A DNA stretch of 64,000 nucleotides from an uncultured Methanomassiliicoccales archaeon (GCA_963695345.1 OY968769.1:1248001-1312000), one strand, 5' to 3'. Positions 1-10,911 are shown, counted from the stretch's first letter. Program-made: numbers and translations. The notes: a model not told the origin generated them from the letters alone.

Positions 1-534
1 AGCGTCGCTGAAGGAGGTCCTGGTGGCGATAGAATGCTGCGGCAGGATGGGCATAGACCTGATCACCTTTCACCCGGGGTTCATCTCACCCCTCGGCCAG
101 CTCGACCGGGGCGCGGTGATGAGGGAGACGGCAAGATCAATAAGGGAGATCGACAGGGCCGCCTCCGAGCACGGAGTGGTGGCCGCCCTCGAGAACATGC
201 CGAGGATGCCGATCTACCACCTGCACCGAGCCGAGCGGAACTCCTTTCGCTGGTGGAAGGCACGTCGTTAGGGGTCTGTTTCGACATCGGGCACGCCCAC
301 ACCAACGGGAACATCGACGAGTTCCTGAAGCATGTTGGCCGGTTCTCCAATGTCCACATCCACGACAACGACGGGAGCTCCGACCAGCATCTGACGATCG
401 GCGAGGGAAGGATCGATTTCGAGCACGTCCTTTCCGCCATGGGAGATTACCGGCGCAGGTATGTGATCGAGGCCAGGAAGATCGAGGGAGCGCCCCTTTC
501 CGCTCAGCGCCTCAGCAAGTGGCTGGAAGGTTAG
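1..534 (+). CDS. Sugar phosphate isomerase/epimerase (xylose isomerase-like TIM barrel), 5'-truncated by the window edge, one frameshift at ~215-235
   Basis: ORF 23..271 gives TFHPG and ALENMP; ORF 34..534 gives CFDIGHAH, NVHIHDN, DQHLTIGEGRIDF and VIE. Together these are the metal-binding motifs of one protein. Confidence 0.85.
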   Translation, partial: SVAEGGPGGDRMLRQDGHRPDHLSPGVHLTPRPARPGRGDEGDGKINKGDRQGRLRARSGGRPREHAEDADLPPAPSRAELLSLVEGTSLGVCFDIGHAHTNGNIDEFLKHVGRFSNVHIHDNDGSSDQHLTIGEGRIDFEHVLSAMGDYRRRYVIEARKIEGAPLSAQRLSKWLEG

Positions 535-1919
535 ATCCGGCGGCCGCACTTGAGGCATTCGAACCGGCCTTCCTCATACCGCGCCTCGTTCCCGCCGCAG
601 TGAGGGCAAATGAATCCAAAGCCCTGGTGCGGGGTCTTCGGGTCCGGCGGAGGCGGGGGCTGCTGGTAAGGTTGGGCCGGCGGATACTGCTGATAGGCGT
701 AGGGTGGATACTGATAGGGATTATTGCCCTGGGCGTACGGATTGTAGTATGTTTGCGGCGGGTAAGCCTGCGTCGTTGGAGCAGGTTTCTGTTTGGTCAA
801 TTTCTTCCCGGTGAAGAGCTCGACCGCTTTGAACGAATAATGCACGAAATAGATAGCGCCCACCGCGATGAACACAAGAAGTAGCAGACCGATGCCCAGC
901 TGCAATCCGTCGTTGTTCGGCCAGATCGATGTGGATATCGACAGATAGTCGGTGAAGAAATGGAACATGATGGCGGCGTAGAGGCCGAACTTAAGGAACA
1001 GGTAGCCCATCGCCAGGCCGGCCAGGAACGCCGGGATAACCTTGTACAGGTCCCAATTGAAACTGTGCGCCAACCCGAACATCAAAGATGAGAAAAGCAG
1101 GAGAGCCAGTTCCGCCTTTCCGAACTGGAATCCGCCGCCCAGGAAGTAGTGTTTGGGGTCCTTGACCTTGTTCAGGGCGATCGCCACGATGAGCAGCGGC
1201 ACGCCCAACAGCAGAACGCGGGTGATCAGTTCTTCCCAGACCGAGGCCTGGGCGTAGGAGAATAGTATCTGCCATAGGTCCGCCCCCTCGCTGGGGACGC
1301 TGGGCGAGGTCCCGGTCAGGCCCACTATGATGTAGAATAGGATGTTGAACGCTATCACCGCAAAGAACAGCGTTGAGATCATGTAAAGCGGGCTGTGCCC
1401 CTCATCGTGAATCTGGAAGGTAAGCTCGTGGGCGAACTTGTGCAGGCTCTTCTTCAGCATCCAGACGAACGATGCCACGATGGCTGCGACCAGGAACAGG
1501 AAGTAGATGGAGAGTCCGACGTCGCTCACCCTCAGGATGTTGACCAACCACGGGGTGATGATGAACAGGTTCGTTGCGTGCCCGCTCACGTTCGGGAGCA
1601 CCTGTCCGATCCCCCAGATAAGGACGATCACGTTGAACGATACCAGCATGAGCAGCATGAAGACAACGATGCTGGCCGCTCCCCTGACGACATTCCTCAG
1701 GGATTCGCCCTCGTTCGAGGGCTGATAGGGAGGATAGTAAGGATAGCCATACTGGTAGCCGTACTGATAATAGGGATTGTAGGAGTACTGCGGTGATGCC
1801 GCCACCGACATGCTTCTGCCACAGAACGGACAGAAGACGGCATCAGAAGGCACCTTCCTGCCGCAAAAGGGACACGAAGGGCCCGTTACTCCAGAACTGG
1901 AGGAGACCTCGGGGTCCAT
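531..1919 (-). CDS. CPBP-family intramembrane glutamic metalloprotease with N- and C-terminal zinc ribbons
   Basis: EELITR, FGLAH and HFFTD motifs; multiple TM helices; CPFC..CPFC at the N-terminus and CPHC..CLKC at the C-terminus; Tyr/Pro/Gln-rich linkers. Start placed at MDPEV. Confidence 0.85.
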   Translation of the reverse strand: MDPEVSSSSGVTGPSCPFCGRKVPSDAVFCPFCGRSMSVAASPQYSYNPYYQYGYQYGYPYYPPYQPSNEGESLRNVVRGAASIVVFMLLMLVSFNVIVLIWGIGQVLPNVSGHATNLFIITPWLVNILRVSDVGLSIYFLFLVAAIVASFVWMLKKSLHKFAHELTFQIHDEGHSPLYMISTLFFAVIAFNILFYIIVGLTGTSPSVPSEGADLWQILFSYAQASVWEELITRVLLLGVPLLIVAIALNKVKDPKHYFLGGGFQFGKAELALLLFSSLMFGLAHSFNWDLYKVIPAFLAGLAMGYLFLKFGLYAAIMFHFFTDYLSISTSIWPNNDGLQLGIGLLLLVFIAVGAIYFVHYSFKAVELFTGKKLTKQKPAPTTQAYPPQTYYNPYAQGNNPYQYPPYAYQQYPPAQPYQQPPPPPDPKTPHQGFGFICPHCGGNEARYEEGRFECLKCGRRI

Positions 1920-2116
1920 TGTTCCTCTTGATTCCGTGGACGCTATTTCTATCCTTCGGTGCAAATCCCTCGATACCGACGATTCATTGAATCGTATTTC
2001 TATGGAAATCCAGATTAAAATCCTGAAAAAGTAGCTTTTTTCAATACTGGATAGTAGGGGAAAGATTTAAGAGCCAACCAAATCTATGTCGAACGGTCCT
2101 TACGGAGGCAGCTTAT

Positions 2117-2368
2117 ATGGATGAGGGTTCGACCGAGAAAGACGTGAAGTTTGAAACGATAAGCGCTGAAAAGATCCCATTTGGTAGGAACAACTTCATC
2201 GAGGTTGCCCGTAAGAAGGCCATTACCAAGGAGGGGGAGAACGAGTTCATTTCCCTCTCAAGGGGTTTCTTCCTCCCCGACGGGACGGAGAAGTTCAAGA
2301 AATCCATCACGATTCCAGACGATCCCTCGATCAAGGATTTCGTGATCGAGAAGATCAAATCGATGTGA
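2117..2368 (+). CDS. Small hypothetical protein, possible PC4/PUR-like single-stranded nucleic-acid-binding fold
   Basis: GGAGG upstream and TATA-like TTTAAG at ~2067; predicted 4 beta strands plus a helix (EFISLSRGFFLPDGTEKFKKSITIP). Confidence 0.7.
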   Translation: MDEGSTEKDVKFETISAEKIPFGRNNFIEVARKKAITKEGENEFISLSRGFFLPDGTEKFKKSITIPDDPSIKDFVIEKIKSM

Positions 2369-2396
2369 TTCGTACCGGGCCAGTGCCCCGGTTCGG

Positions 2397-2921
2397 TCAT
2401 TCTTTCTCGCCTATCTCAATCAACATCTCAAGGTAGGAGCGGCGTTCGCTTCCGACCAAACCGATCCGATCCCGCAACTTTTCCAGTCTGGACCCGCCCT
2501 CGATCGCATCCTCGCCCTGGATCTCCAGCTCGACGAAATCCCCCAAGCCCTCAACCGAATCGAGACTGACGGTCACGCCTTCTAGGACATACTCCTTACG
2601 TTTCTTTCTCACCTTGGCCACCGACCGGAAGCCCAGCCGGGCGAGGATCGCCGTCATTTTCTCCAGGTCGTCGATCTCCATTTCGATCTCCTCGCGCGTC
2701 TTGGTGTGGCGGTCGATCTTCGGTCCCTTATAGGTGATCTTGCCCGCTGAGTCCTTACGCAGTCTCAGTGCCTCATCGGTCACGGCGAAGTCGCGGCAGG
2801 GGTGGTTGAAGTACTCGTCGACCTGTTCTTCCTCACCCAGTGGCGTTGCTCCTCTCTCCAGGAGCCACCTCTCGACCCTGGCATTGTCATCGGAACGGGT
2901 CTTGATCTCGATCTCCAACAT
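2397..2921 (-). CDS. cyaB: Class IV adenylate cyclase / CYTH-domain protein
   Basis: N-terminal EIEIK, DEYFNHPCRDF, EALRLR, TYKGPK, REEIE, LGDFVELE. Confidence 0.9.
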   Translation of the reverse strand: MLEIEIKTRSDDNARVERWLLERGATPLGEEEQVDEYFNHPCRDFAVTDEALRLRKDSAGKITYKGPKIDRHTKTREEIEMEIDDLEKMTAILARLGFRSVAKVRKKRKEYVLEGVTVSLDSVEGLGDFVELEIQGEDAIEGGSRLEKLRDRIGLVGSERRSYLEMLIEIGEKE

Positions 2922-2994
2922 GCGATTGGAATAGTGGTTTTGGTTAATCAGGGCTTCCCCGCAACAAAGAAGTAGCCTGAGAGATAATCCCTGA

Positions 2995-3531
2995 ATGGTT
3001 AGCATGGAAGAGGACCAGTTGGGGCTAGTACAGGTTTACACCGGTGACGGCAAAGGTAAGACGACCGCGGCCCTAGGGCTGGTCCTGAGGGCGTGGGGAA
3101 GGGGGCTCAACGCGTGTTTGGTCCAATTCATGAAGAAAGGGGAGGACTACGGCGAGATACAGGCCCTGCGAAAGATGGGGGTCGAACTCTACCAGTTCGG
3201 CGCCGACCGGCTGATCACAAAGGGCAGCGTCCATCCGGAGGATATCCAGCTAGCCCACCGGGCGCTCGCCTTTGCAGAAGTCTTACTGGAGTCCGGGGAA
3301 TATGATGTGATAGTACTGGACGAGATCAACGTGGCGATGTTCTTCGGTCTCGTCGATCCCGAGGAGGTTTTGGGCGTCCTTAGAAAACGCAGGAGGGGCG
3401 TGGAAGTGATATTGACCGGAAGGAACGCGCCCCCCGAGATCATCGAAGAGGCCGACCTGGTGACCCGGATGGTGGCCGAGAAGCATCCCTACGACAAGGG
3501 CGTTATCGCCCGGGCTGGAATCGAGTACTGA
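2995..3531 (+). CDS. cobO: Cob(I)yrinic acid a,c-diamide adenosyltransferase (CobO/BtuR type)
   Basis: VQVYTGDGKGKTTAALG, VQFMK, LDEIN, ILTGR, KHPY..G..AR.GIEY. Confidence 0.93.
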   Translation: MVSMEEDQLGLVQVYTGDGKGKTTAALGLVLRAWGRGLNACLVQFMKKGEDYGEIQALRKMGVELYQFGADRLITKGSVHPEDIQLAHRALAFAEVLLESGEYDVIVLDEINVAMFFGLVDPEEVLGVLRKRRRGVEVILTGRNAPPEIIEEADLVTRMVAEKHPYDKGVIARAGIEY

Positions 3532-3697
3532 CGTTCAAGCCAATCTCATATTATCATTTTGAAAAAATGAAATTTAACCACTAGCCAGCCATCATCCATT
3601 CAATCTTGATTATCAGCCACAAATGGTTAAATAGAGACAAACGAAATAAGCAAATTTGCCCCGAGCGCAGGCACTCGACAGTGGGAAGGCAGCAATT

Positions 3698-6600
3698 ATG
3701 ACCAACAAAAAGAGCAATTATCATCGGAACAGCAAGCATCTCAGGAAAAGCCGGCATGGTGTCTCTGAGATCATCGGAAACCTGCTCATATTGGCCATAA
3801 CCGTTTCATTGTTCACGGGTGTCCTATTCTTCGTGACCAACATGCCTGCGCCGCAAGACCAGACGCTCGGTGACTTCAGCGCTCAGACCGGCTCCTCCAC
3901 CAACCATTTCTATATGAATGTCACCCACAAGGGCGGTCAGACATTGTCCCAGGACTCGACCAACATCTATCTTTTCAAGAACGATGTCCCCACCGTCCTG
4001 AACATATCATCCAGCAATCCCAGCATCGGTCTTGATTGGAAGATCGGTGAGGTCTGGTCCTATGATATGACTCCCTATATACCACCGGTATGACGGTCCG
4101 CCTGATGATCGTGGACAAGACCACGAACAGCATCGTCTGGCAGGCGGTATTGGCAGGCAACAAGACGGACCAGAACACGCCGCCCATCATCGGCTCCCGA
4201 GGGTTCACGCCAGCCCCGGTCTATGACAAGGACTCTGTCTACCTGTTTGCCACCATAACCGATCTGGATAGCAATCTGGCCGGAGTGTGGGTAGACGCCT
4301 CCTCACTCGGTCTCTCGAACAACATAACTCTGACCGATTCGAACCACGATGGTACATATACCAGCACGTCAGCCTATCTGGCATCCTACAGCGGATGGAA
4401 CGGCAGGACGATCTTCTTCAACGCGTATGACACCGCTGGCAAGAACGCCACGTCCCAATTCGTGGTCGTCGTGTCCCAGTCCTCTTCCAGCAATGGAAAC
4501 GGCTACAACGGTCCATACACCAACTATTCCAGCTACCTGACCAACGGAACATATCCGCCAGACGCGAGCGGCGGCCAGGCCGGGGAAACGATGGGAGAGG
4601 CAGGGACCACGTTCTACTACATACGCCGAGCCTCGGATGGCAACATCACCAGGAACTTCAACGCCAGCGAACAGATACTGGTCGAGGTCTATAGCGACAC
4701 GCTCAGGAACCTGGCCCTCGACAACAGTCTGTTGATCTACCAACCGCTATCGGGTAATGTGATGACCCCGCCCAGCTCTACAATGGCATTCAAATACGGC
4801 GGCATCTACGGGGATTTCTACCGTTACAATTACACGTTCAATGCCCCGAACATTGGCTATACCTATCCCCTCCAGATCAAGCTGAAGGACAACATAGGGA
4901 CAGTGGTCAACATTTGGGACCAGATCATCATTAACGGCGCCGTCTACCCCAGTGTCAAGACCTACACATACACGGGCGGAGCGCTGGTGCCTTGCACCAA
5001 TTTCTCATTGACCGACACGATTTATGTCAAGCTATCCACGCTCGATGTGGACGGCGTGATGACCGGCGTGTTCATGAACGACCTGACGGTGAGCGACTAT
5101 TCTGGCCGTTATGTCGTGAGGAAGACGCCGACGATGCCGGTCACCAACCCGACGACCGGTGGGAAGACTCCCGTGTATACCGCCCCGGTCAGTGCGGTGT
5201 TCAAGACCGACTCGACGAACGGCATCACCTGGATAGCCGACGGTAAGACAACGTCGAACGACCCGACAGCCAGTTATACGTTCTACTTCAAGCCCATCGA
5301 TGCCAACGCGGGATGGTGGCTGCCCCGTCGGAACTCGTATACCCTGACGATAGACACCTTCCAGGATACCGGAGCGGGAGGGAGCACCGGTGAGACATAC
5401 CATTCGCTGACCGTTCAGTTCAACATCACCGCGCCCCGGTCGATGACGGACATCATAACCGGCATCGGGTCAGGATCATACACATGGAGTTCCTCGGGGG
5501 CCTCCTGGAGCAGCAGCCAGCTCGCCTGGTTCAAGAACGGTGAGGTGACCGGGCAGTGGCAGAAGATAACCATCGCCGGCTCAACCTACTCCGGCCCCGT
5601 CGGACTGGTCCAAGCAGACCTCGATGGAGACAGCCGCCAGGACCTGGCGGTCGGATTCCAGGACCCGAACGTCGGTGTCGCCTGGTACCGCAGCCTTTCG
5701 GTCGATGGGACATCATGGTCCACACCATATCGTCTGATGAAATCCCTTGACGGAACGCCAGGCGTTCAAGCATCAGGCGGTACAAGCAAGGGGCTGAGCA
5801 ACGCCGACGTTACCGTGTACTCTACCAGGGACGGAGCCTTTGAGCCGGACTATGGTGGGACGTCGTACACGTCATCCTATGACATCATCGGCGCCATGGC
5901 GGCAGGCAACTTCGGAAACGGGCAGACCGACATCGTCGTCAGCCTGATCCACGTGGTTGTACATTCCACGGCCTCTAGCGCGAACGATGCGAAGAACAAT
6001 CCGTCATATAACACGCCTTTGTTCTTCAACCGCGGTATCTACGTCCTGTGGAACAACGGTGGTGCCATGGACTGGAAGATGACGCCATTGTATGGATCGA
6101 GGGACTATTTCCCCGCGTTCAGACAGGGCGCCACATTGCTGGACGCAAACGGTAACAACAACCCGGCGGCCATCGACATATCCACCGGGGACTTCAATCA
6201 GGACGGATTTGATGACATAGCGGCCGTATATGAGACCGGTGTCACCAAGATCTGGCTCAGCCAGTGGAGCGATGTCCAATCGATGTCCGATCCTTTCGAC
6301 GCTACGTTCAACTCGACCGCATCGCTGATGCCGGCCGCAAGCGTGCCCACCGTTCCGGGAACTGCGGGGCCGTGGGACCTGGCCGGTAGGGCAGTAAGGC
6401 TTAGGGTCGCAGACGTGGATGGCAACGGGTATCCCGACCTGGTCAGGACCAGCGCCTTGGCCGCCTCGGTGAACACTGTCTACGTTATCACCACCATGCC
6501 GGCCACGCCAGTCTCGACCACCAACTATCCGGTGCTGGAGTATGGCGGGACCGGGATCACCGCCAAGGTTACTGGCAGCAAGGCCGACCTCACGGCGATT

Positions 6601-8000
6601 GATAACAAATGGGAGAACCTGACCGAGGTCTTCCAGAACTCCTCCGTCCTGTTCGACCGGCCCATATCGACCGCCGCCGGGGACGATACGGGCCAGGTAT
6701 TGGCGAATATTCAATACGATGACGGCGTCACATACAATGTTGGTAAGCATCAGACTCTCAGCATCGCGATAGCCAGTGCCGATCCGGCCTACATAGGGAT
6801 GCAGGTCACCCAGGTGACGATGAGGACCAAGTATTCCGTTTCAGCCGACTATGATGGCAGCCGTTACCTGGAATGGTCAAATGACGGTGGCAGCACCTGG
6901 ATGGACACGAACATCCAACCGATCAACACCCAGTTGAACGTCAACCTGACCTATGATCTCTACAACGGTCAAGGGGCCAACAGTATCAACAGCTGGGCGA
7001 AGCTCCAGAACATATGTTTCCGGTTCTTCAACAGCGAATCGTCCGGGACCAACGCGGTGCGTTTCGACTTCATCTATCTCGAGGTGAAGTTCGGGGTTTC
7101 CCGGCAGGTGGAATGGAACTGGCAGGTGCCGAACCTGACGACCGAGATATGGCACAACCTGACCATCAACGCCAAGGTCAAGACGGCCGGGGACTCGTTC
7201 AACGTGTCCTATTCGCCTGACAATGAGACCTGGTTCCCGCTGTTCACCATATCAAGCACGACCCAGACAGAACTACACCGCACTGCTCCTGCATACCGTG
7301 AACTCGAAGTACTACATCAGGATCGAGGACACCAACAGGATGACCGACTGACCTGGTCAACGACACCTTGTGCGTGAACATGGTCAGCATAAGGCACTAT
7401 TCCCCGGCGGTCACCTGGACCTTCGATTCCTCCAAGTGGCAAAGGTCGGTGACTGGTGTAAGCAGTCCGAACTTCATCACCGCCTTGGCGGTGGCCGATG
7501 TCGGGAAATCCTCCGGCGATCATAAGCCGGACGGGAAGGTGGACATCGTGGTCGGCACGACAATGATCGGCTCCGGGGACGCCACACACGCACTGTTCGT
7601 CATAACCAATTCGGGTACGCAGCTGGAAGCAGCCACCGCCATCCCGGTGGTAGCCGCTTCCGCCGCGATCGGGACGAACAGGTATGATGTCAAGGCGGTC
7701 GAGCTGGGCGACTTCAATGGAGATGGGTTCATCGATATCGCATTGGCCATTGGATTCAGTCCAGGCTACACCTACGCCGCCGGAAGCACGTCAACCCTCT
7801 GGATCTACCTCAACCAGCCGTCATCCTCAGGGTGGCAGTTCAATGAGCAGCCGGTCAACGTGCTGGACTCGTCCGGATCGGTTATCAACATTAAGACCGG
7901 ATACGTCGATCTGACGTTCCTCTGGCCTCTCTTCGGGGTGTTCGGCATCGTGGTGGCTGAGGCATTCGTGGTAAGGGCCGAAAGAAAGAGGAAGGAGTAA
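3698..8000 (+). CDS. Giant type IV pilin-like adhesin (class III signal peptide, pilin domain, beta-rich domains, FG-GAP/VCBS repeats, C-terminal TM); split into 3 ORFs by indels at ~4080 and ~7270-7350
   Basis: RHG|VSEIIGNLLILAITV class III signal; DLDGDSRQDL, GDFNQDGFDDI, ADVDGNGYPDL and GDFNGDGFIDI repeats; C-terminal LWPLFGVFGIVVAEAFVV+RAERKRKE. The reading is continuous across the junctions after single-base correction. Confidence 0.8.
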
Positions 8001-8013
8001 GAACGTCCCGGAC

Positions 8014-9204
8014 ATGGGTAATGTCGTGTACGATGTGCTGGTGTCCGGGGCCGGACCTTCCGGTTCCTATGCCGCGTACCTGCTCGCCAAGAGCGGGTAC
8101 AAGGTCGGTCTGATCGAAAGAGAGGAGCTTCCGCGTGCCAAATGCTGTGCCGGAGGCGTGATGCAGCGCGCCCTCGGGATGCTGGATTTTCAACTTCCAG
8201 ACGATGTGATCGAACGCAGGGTCACCGGGGTGAACGTGGTACATGGAGGCCGCATGCACACGCTCGACAGCGGCAAGACGGTCATAACTACGGTCCGCCG
8301 GTCCCGGTTCGATGCCTTCCTTGCCGCCAAGGCGGAGAAGGCCGGGTGTGAGATACTGCAAGGCCAGAAACTACAGAATGTCCATGAGCGCGTCGATGGC
8401 ATCGAATGCGATGTCGGCGCAAGCCATTTGAGCTCCCGGTCCCTGATCATCGCAGAAGGGTCGACCAGCGTCAATGCCAGCCGACTGTACGGACCCTACC
8501 CGGGCAAGTTCTCGTCCATGGGGATGGCGGTGGAATGCGACGAAACGGTCGACCGGGGAGAAAGGGTAGAGCTGTTCCTCATGGACTCACCAACGGAGCA
8601 CATCCGTTGGGGTCCCGGCTTCCCGCTCATGGGGTGGATGTTCCCCCTGCGCACCGGATGCAACATCGGAGTGGTCGGTTCGGGCTACTCCTCCGAGACG
8701 CTGGGGAAGGCAATGGCCACGGTCTCTCAGGACCTGGAACGGAGGACAGGCGCCTTACCCGACATAAGCGGTTACACCGCACATCCGATCCCACTCCGGG
8801 CGCGCCGGGTACTGCACACCCGAAGAACGCTCCTGGTGGGCGATGCGGCAGGCCTTACGAGCGCGATCAGCGGTGAAGGCATGTCCTATGCCTTCCAGAG
8901 CGCGGGATACGCCACCGATGCGCTCAGGCGTTTATTATCCGGTTCAGGGAAGGATCCGCTGGCGGGGTATGACCGGCTCTGCAAGGACAACATCGTACGT
9001 GACATGAAGGCCGCCGAGATCATCTCGCCGGTGCTCCACTGGCTTATCGGGGTGGTGGACCCGGACAAGTTCTTCGAGAACGTCGCCGGATACAACGGCA
9101 TCGTGCGCGCCTCAGAGGGGATCGCCGCCGGAACAGTCGACTGGAGAAAGCTGCTGGCGGAAACGATCCCATCGTTCCCCCGCCTCTTCTTCTCCTCCCT
9201 ATGA
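8014..9204 (+). CDS. Geranylgeranyl reductase family FAD-dependent oxidoreductase
   Basis: GAGPSG dinucleotide motif, PRAKCCAGG, RSRFDAFL, WMFP, LVGDAAG..SGEGM. Confidence 0.88.
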   Translation: MGNVVYDVLVSGAGPSGSYAAYLLAKSGYKVGLIEREELPRAKCCAGGVMQRALGMLDFQLPDDVIERRVTGVNVVHGGRMHTLDSGKTVITTVRRSRFDAFLAAKAEKAGCEILQGQKLQNVHERVDGIECDVGASHLSSRSLIIAEGSTSVNASRLYGPYPGKFSSMGMAVECDETVDRGERVELFLMDSPTEHIRWGPGFPLMGWMFPLRTGCNIGVVGSGYSSETLGKAMATVSQDLERRTGALPDISGYTAHPIPLRARRVLHTRRTLLVGDAAGLTSAISGEGMSYAFQSAGYATDALRRLLSGSGKDPLAGYDRLCKDNIVRDMKAAEIISPVLHWLIGVVDPDKFFENVAGYNGIVRASEGIAAGTVDWRKLLAETIPSFPRLFFSSL

Positions 9205-9205
9205 A

Positions 9206-10888
9206 CTAGAACAGGCCAAGATATCTCAGGGTGGCGATGACGAAGCCGACCAGGGCGATGCTCATGACAAATCTCGGGCTCCGATATCTTATGAAGCATC
9301 CTGCGGCGGCGGCGCCCATGACCGGGAATGCCACCAGATCCAAAGGCCCGGAGAAGAGCACCAGCGGCGTGAAGGACGCCCCCATGATCAAGGCGGAGAC
9401 CAGCAGGACCCCCCGGTCCAACCCCAATATTGTGTAGACGGTCCTCACCTTGGCCTTTCTATCCTCCTCATAACCGGAAACATCGGTCACCATCGACCCG
9501 ATGACCAGCCCCAGGAAGATCACCGCACCGATCAAGAAAGCCGTCAGGTTCAGAGGGGCCACCCCTATCGCCCCGGTCAGGAAATGGACCGGCGTATCGT
9601 ATTGGTACATGGTCTCGACGACGGTGTAGGGTGTCAGATACCCGTAGAGGAACGCCAAGGAGGCCCCGATGCCGATCAGCGCCGGGCTCATGACCTGCTC
9701 CTTGAAGCGCACCGGCCGGAACGAGTACAGATACGAGAGAATGAACACCAGTGCCAATATCAGGAACTCGGTGAATGAGAGCAGGAAGGCCACCATCAGG
9801 GCCACCGCCATCATGATTAGGGATCCATGGAGCATCGTGCCCCGGTCCACCATGCCTGACGCGATGGTCCTCCAGGTCTTTGTGGGATCGTCGAACTTGC
9901 TGTCGGCGATGTCGTTCCAGATGGTACTGACCTGCCAGGCCAGAAGGGCCGACGAGATCGAGAGGATGACGTAGGTTATGTTGACCCAGTAAGGCGTCTG
10001 GGCGATGGACATGACCAGGTCCTGGTCGACCGCGCTCCACCCAACGACCATTCCCCCGGCCACGATCATTCCGAAGAACAGGGTCTGGAACGGCCTCATG
10101 CTGGTGATCTGGCGGCGGAACGAGCCTTTCATGGCCAGGTATGCTATCACCGTCACCAGCAACAATCCGGCCATGACGTAGTACATCACCAGGAAGAGAT
10201 GGAACTGGAAATACTTCGTCTGGTCAAAATAGGGGAATGCCGGAATGCCGTCCACGTTCCCCACCGGGAGGTATGACCCGGGCGTGGCGACTATGAACAT
10301 CGAGACGACGGTGAAGAGCACAAGGAAGAACACGCGCAGGAGGGTCACCGCCCGATCCTTGAGGAAGAACAGCTTCTCCCTCTGCGTCCAGATCACGTAG
10401 GAGAACAGGGCGAACAGGAAGGTGGCCACCTCCAGCCCCTGTCCCGGATGGAAGGTGCGCCCTTGGAAATGAAGGAACGCGTTCAGGTATTCCGTCCAGG
10501 AAAAGTAGGCGTAGCTCTCGTTCAGACCGAACACGAAATGGTCCAGGAACGGCGGTATGAGGATCAGCCAATAGATATTGGTTATGAGGTTAAGGGAACG
10601 GCGGAAACCTCTGCCCGAGAAGGCGGTGAGCAACAGCACCAGCCCCAGGAAGACCACCACATAGAACGAGACGTGATGGGCGATGCTGAATATCCAGGGA
10701 TGGGCCTCGGTGACGAACGCAGTATCCAGCAGGTAATATTCGGCCAGGTCCCGGCCCAATGCCAGCAGGATGACGTAGAGGAAAATGCCTATTACCGGCA
10801 GCCGCCCCTTCTCCAGGAAAGCGATGAGCCCGTCCCCTTTGGCCGAGAACCTGTCCCAAGCCGACCCACCTTCCGATACTGGCATCAA
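9206..10888 (-). CDS. UbiA-family prenyltransferase with an extra N-terminal multi-TM domain
   Basis: Asp-rich motifs WNDIADSKFD and TDVSGYEED..KVRTVY, plus YLYSFRPVRFK, in the C-terminal half; ~250-aa hydrophobic N-terminal extension. Confidence 0.8.
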   Translation of the reverse strand: MMPVSEGGSAWDRFSAKGDGLIAFLEKGRLPVIGIFLYVILLALGRDLAEYYLLDTAFVTEAHPWIFSIAHHVSFYVVVFLGLVLLLTAFSGRGFRRSLNLITNIYWLILIPPFLDHFVFGLNESYAYFSWTEYLNAFLHFQGRTFHPGQGLEVATFLFALFSYVIWTQREKLFFLKDRAVTLLRVFFLVLFTVVSMFIVATPGSYLPVGNVDGIPAFPYFDQTKYFQFHLFLVMYYVMAGLLLVTVIAYLAMKGSFRRQITSMRPFQTLFFGMIVAGGMVVGWSAVDQDLVMSIAQTPYWVNITYVILSISSALLAWQVSTIWNDIADSKFDDPTKTWRTIASGMVDRGTMLHGSLIMMAVALMVAFLLSFTEFLILALVFILSYLYSFRPVRFKEQVMSPALIGIGASLAFLYGYLTPYTVVETMYQYDTPVHFLTGAIGVAPLNLTAFLIGAVIFLGLVIGSMVTDVSGYEEDRKAKVRTVYTILGLDRGVLLVSALIMGASFTPLVLFSGPLDLVAFPVMGAAAAGCFIRYRSPRFVMSIALVGFVIATLRYLGLF

Positions 10889-10911
10889 CCGGTTAGACGG
10901 CTGGGCGCTAT

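Noticed and set aside
4081-4093. ATGA overlap suggesting a separate small pilin gene and a large downstream gene
   Set aside because: The second ORF has no signal peptide and begins with what look like the last strands of the pilin domain; one missing base joins them.
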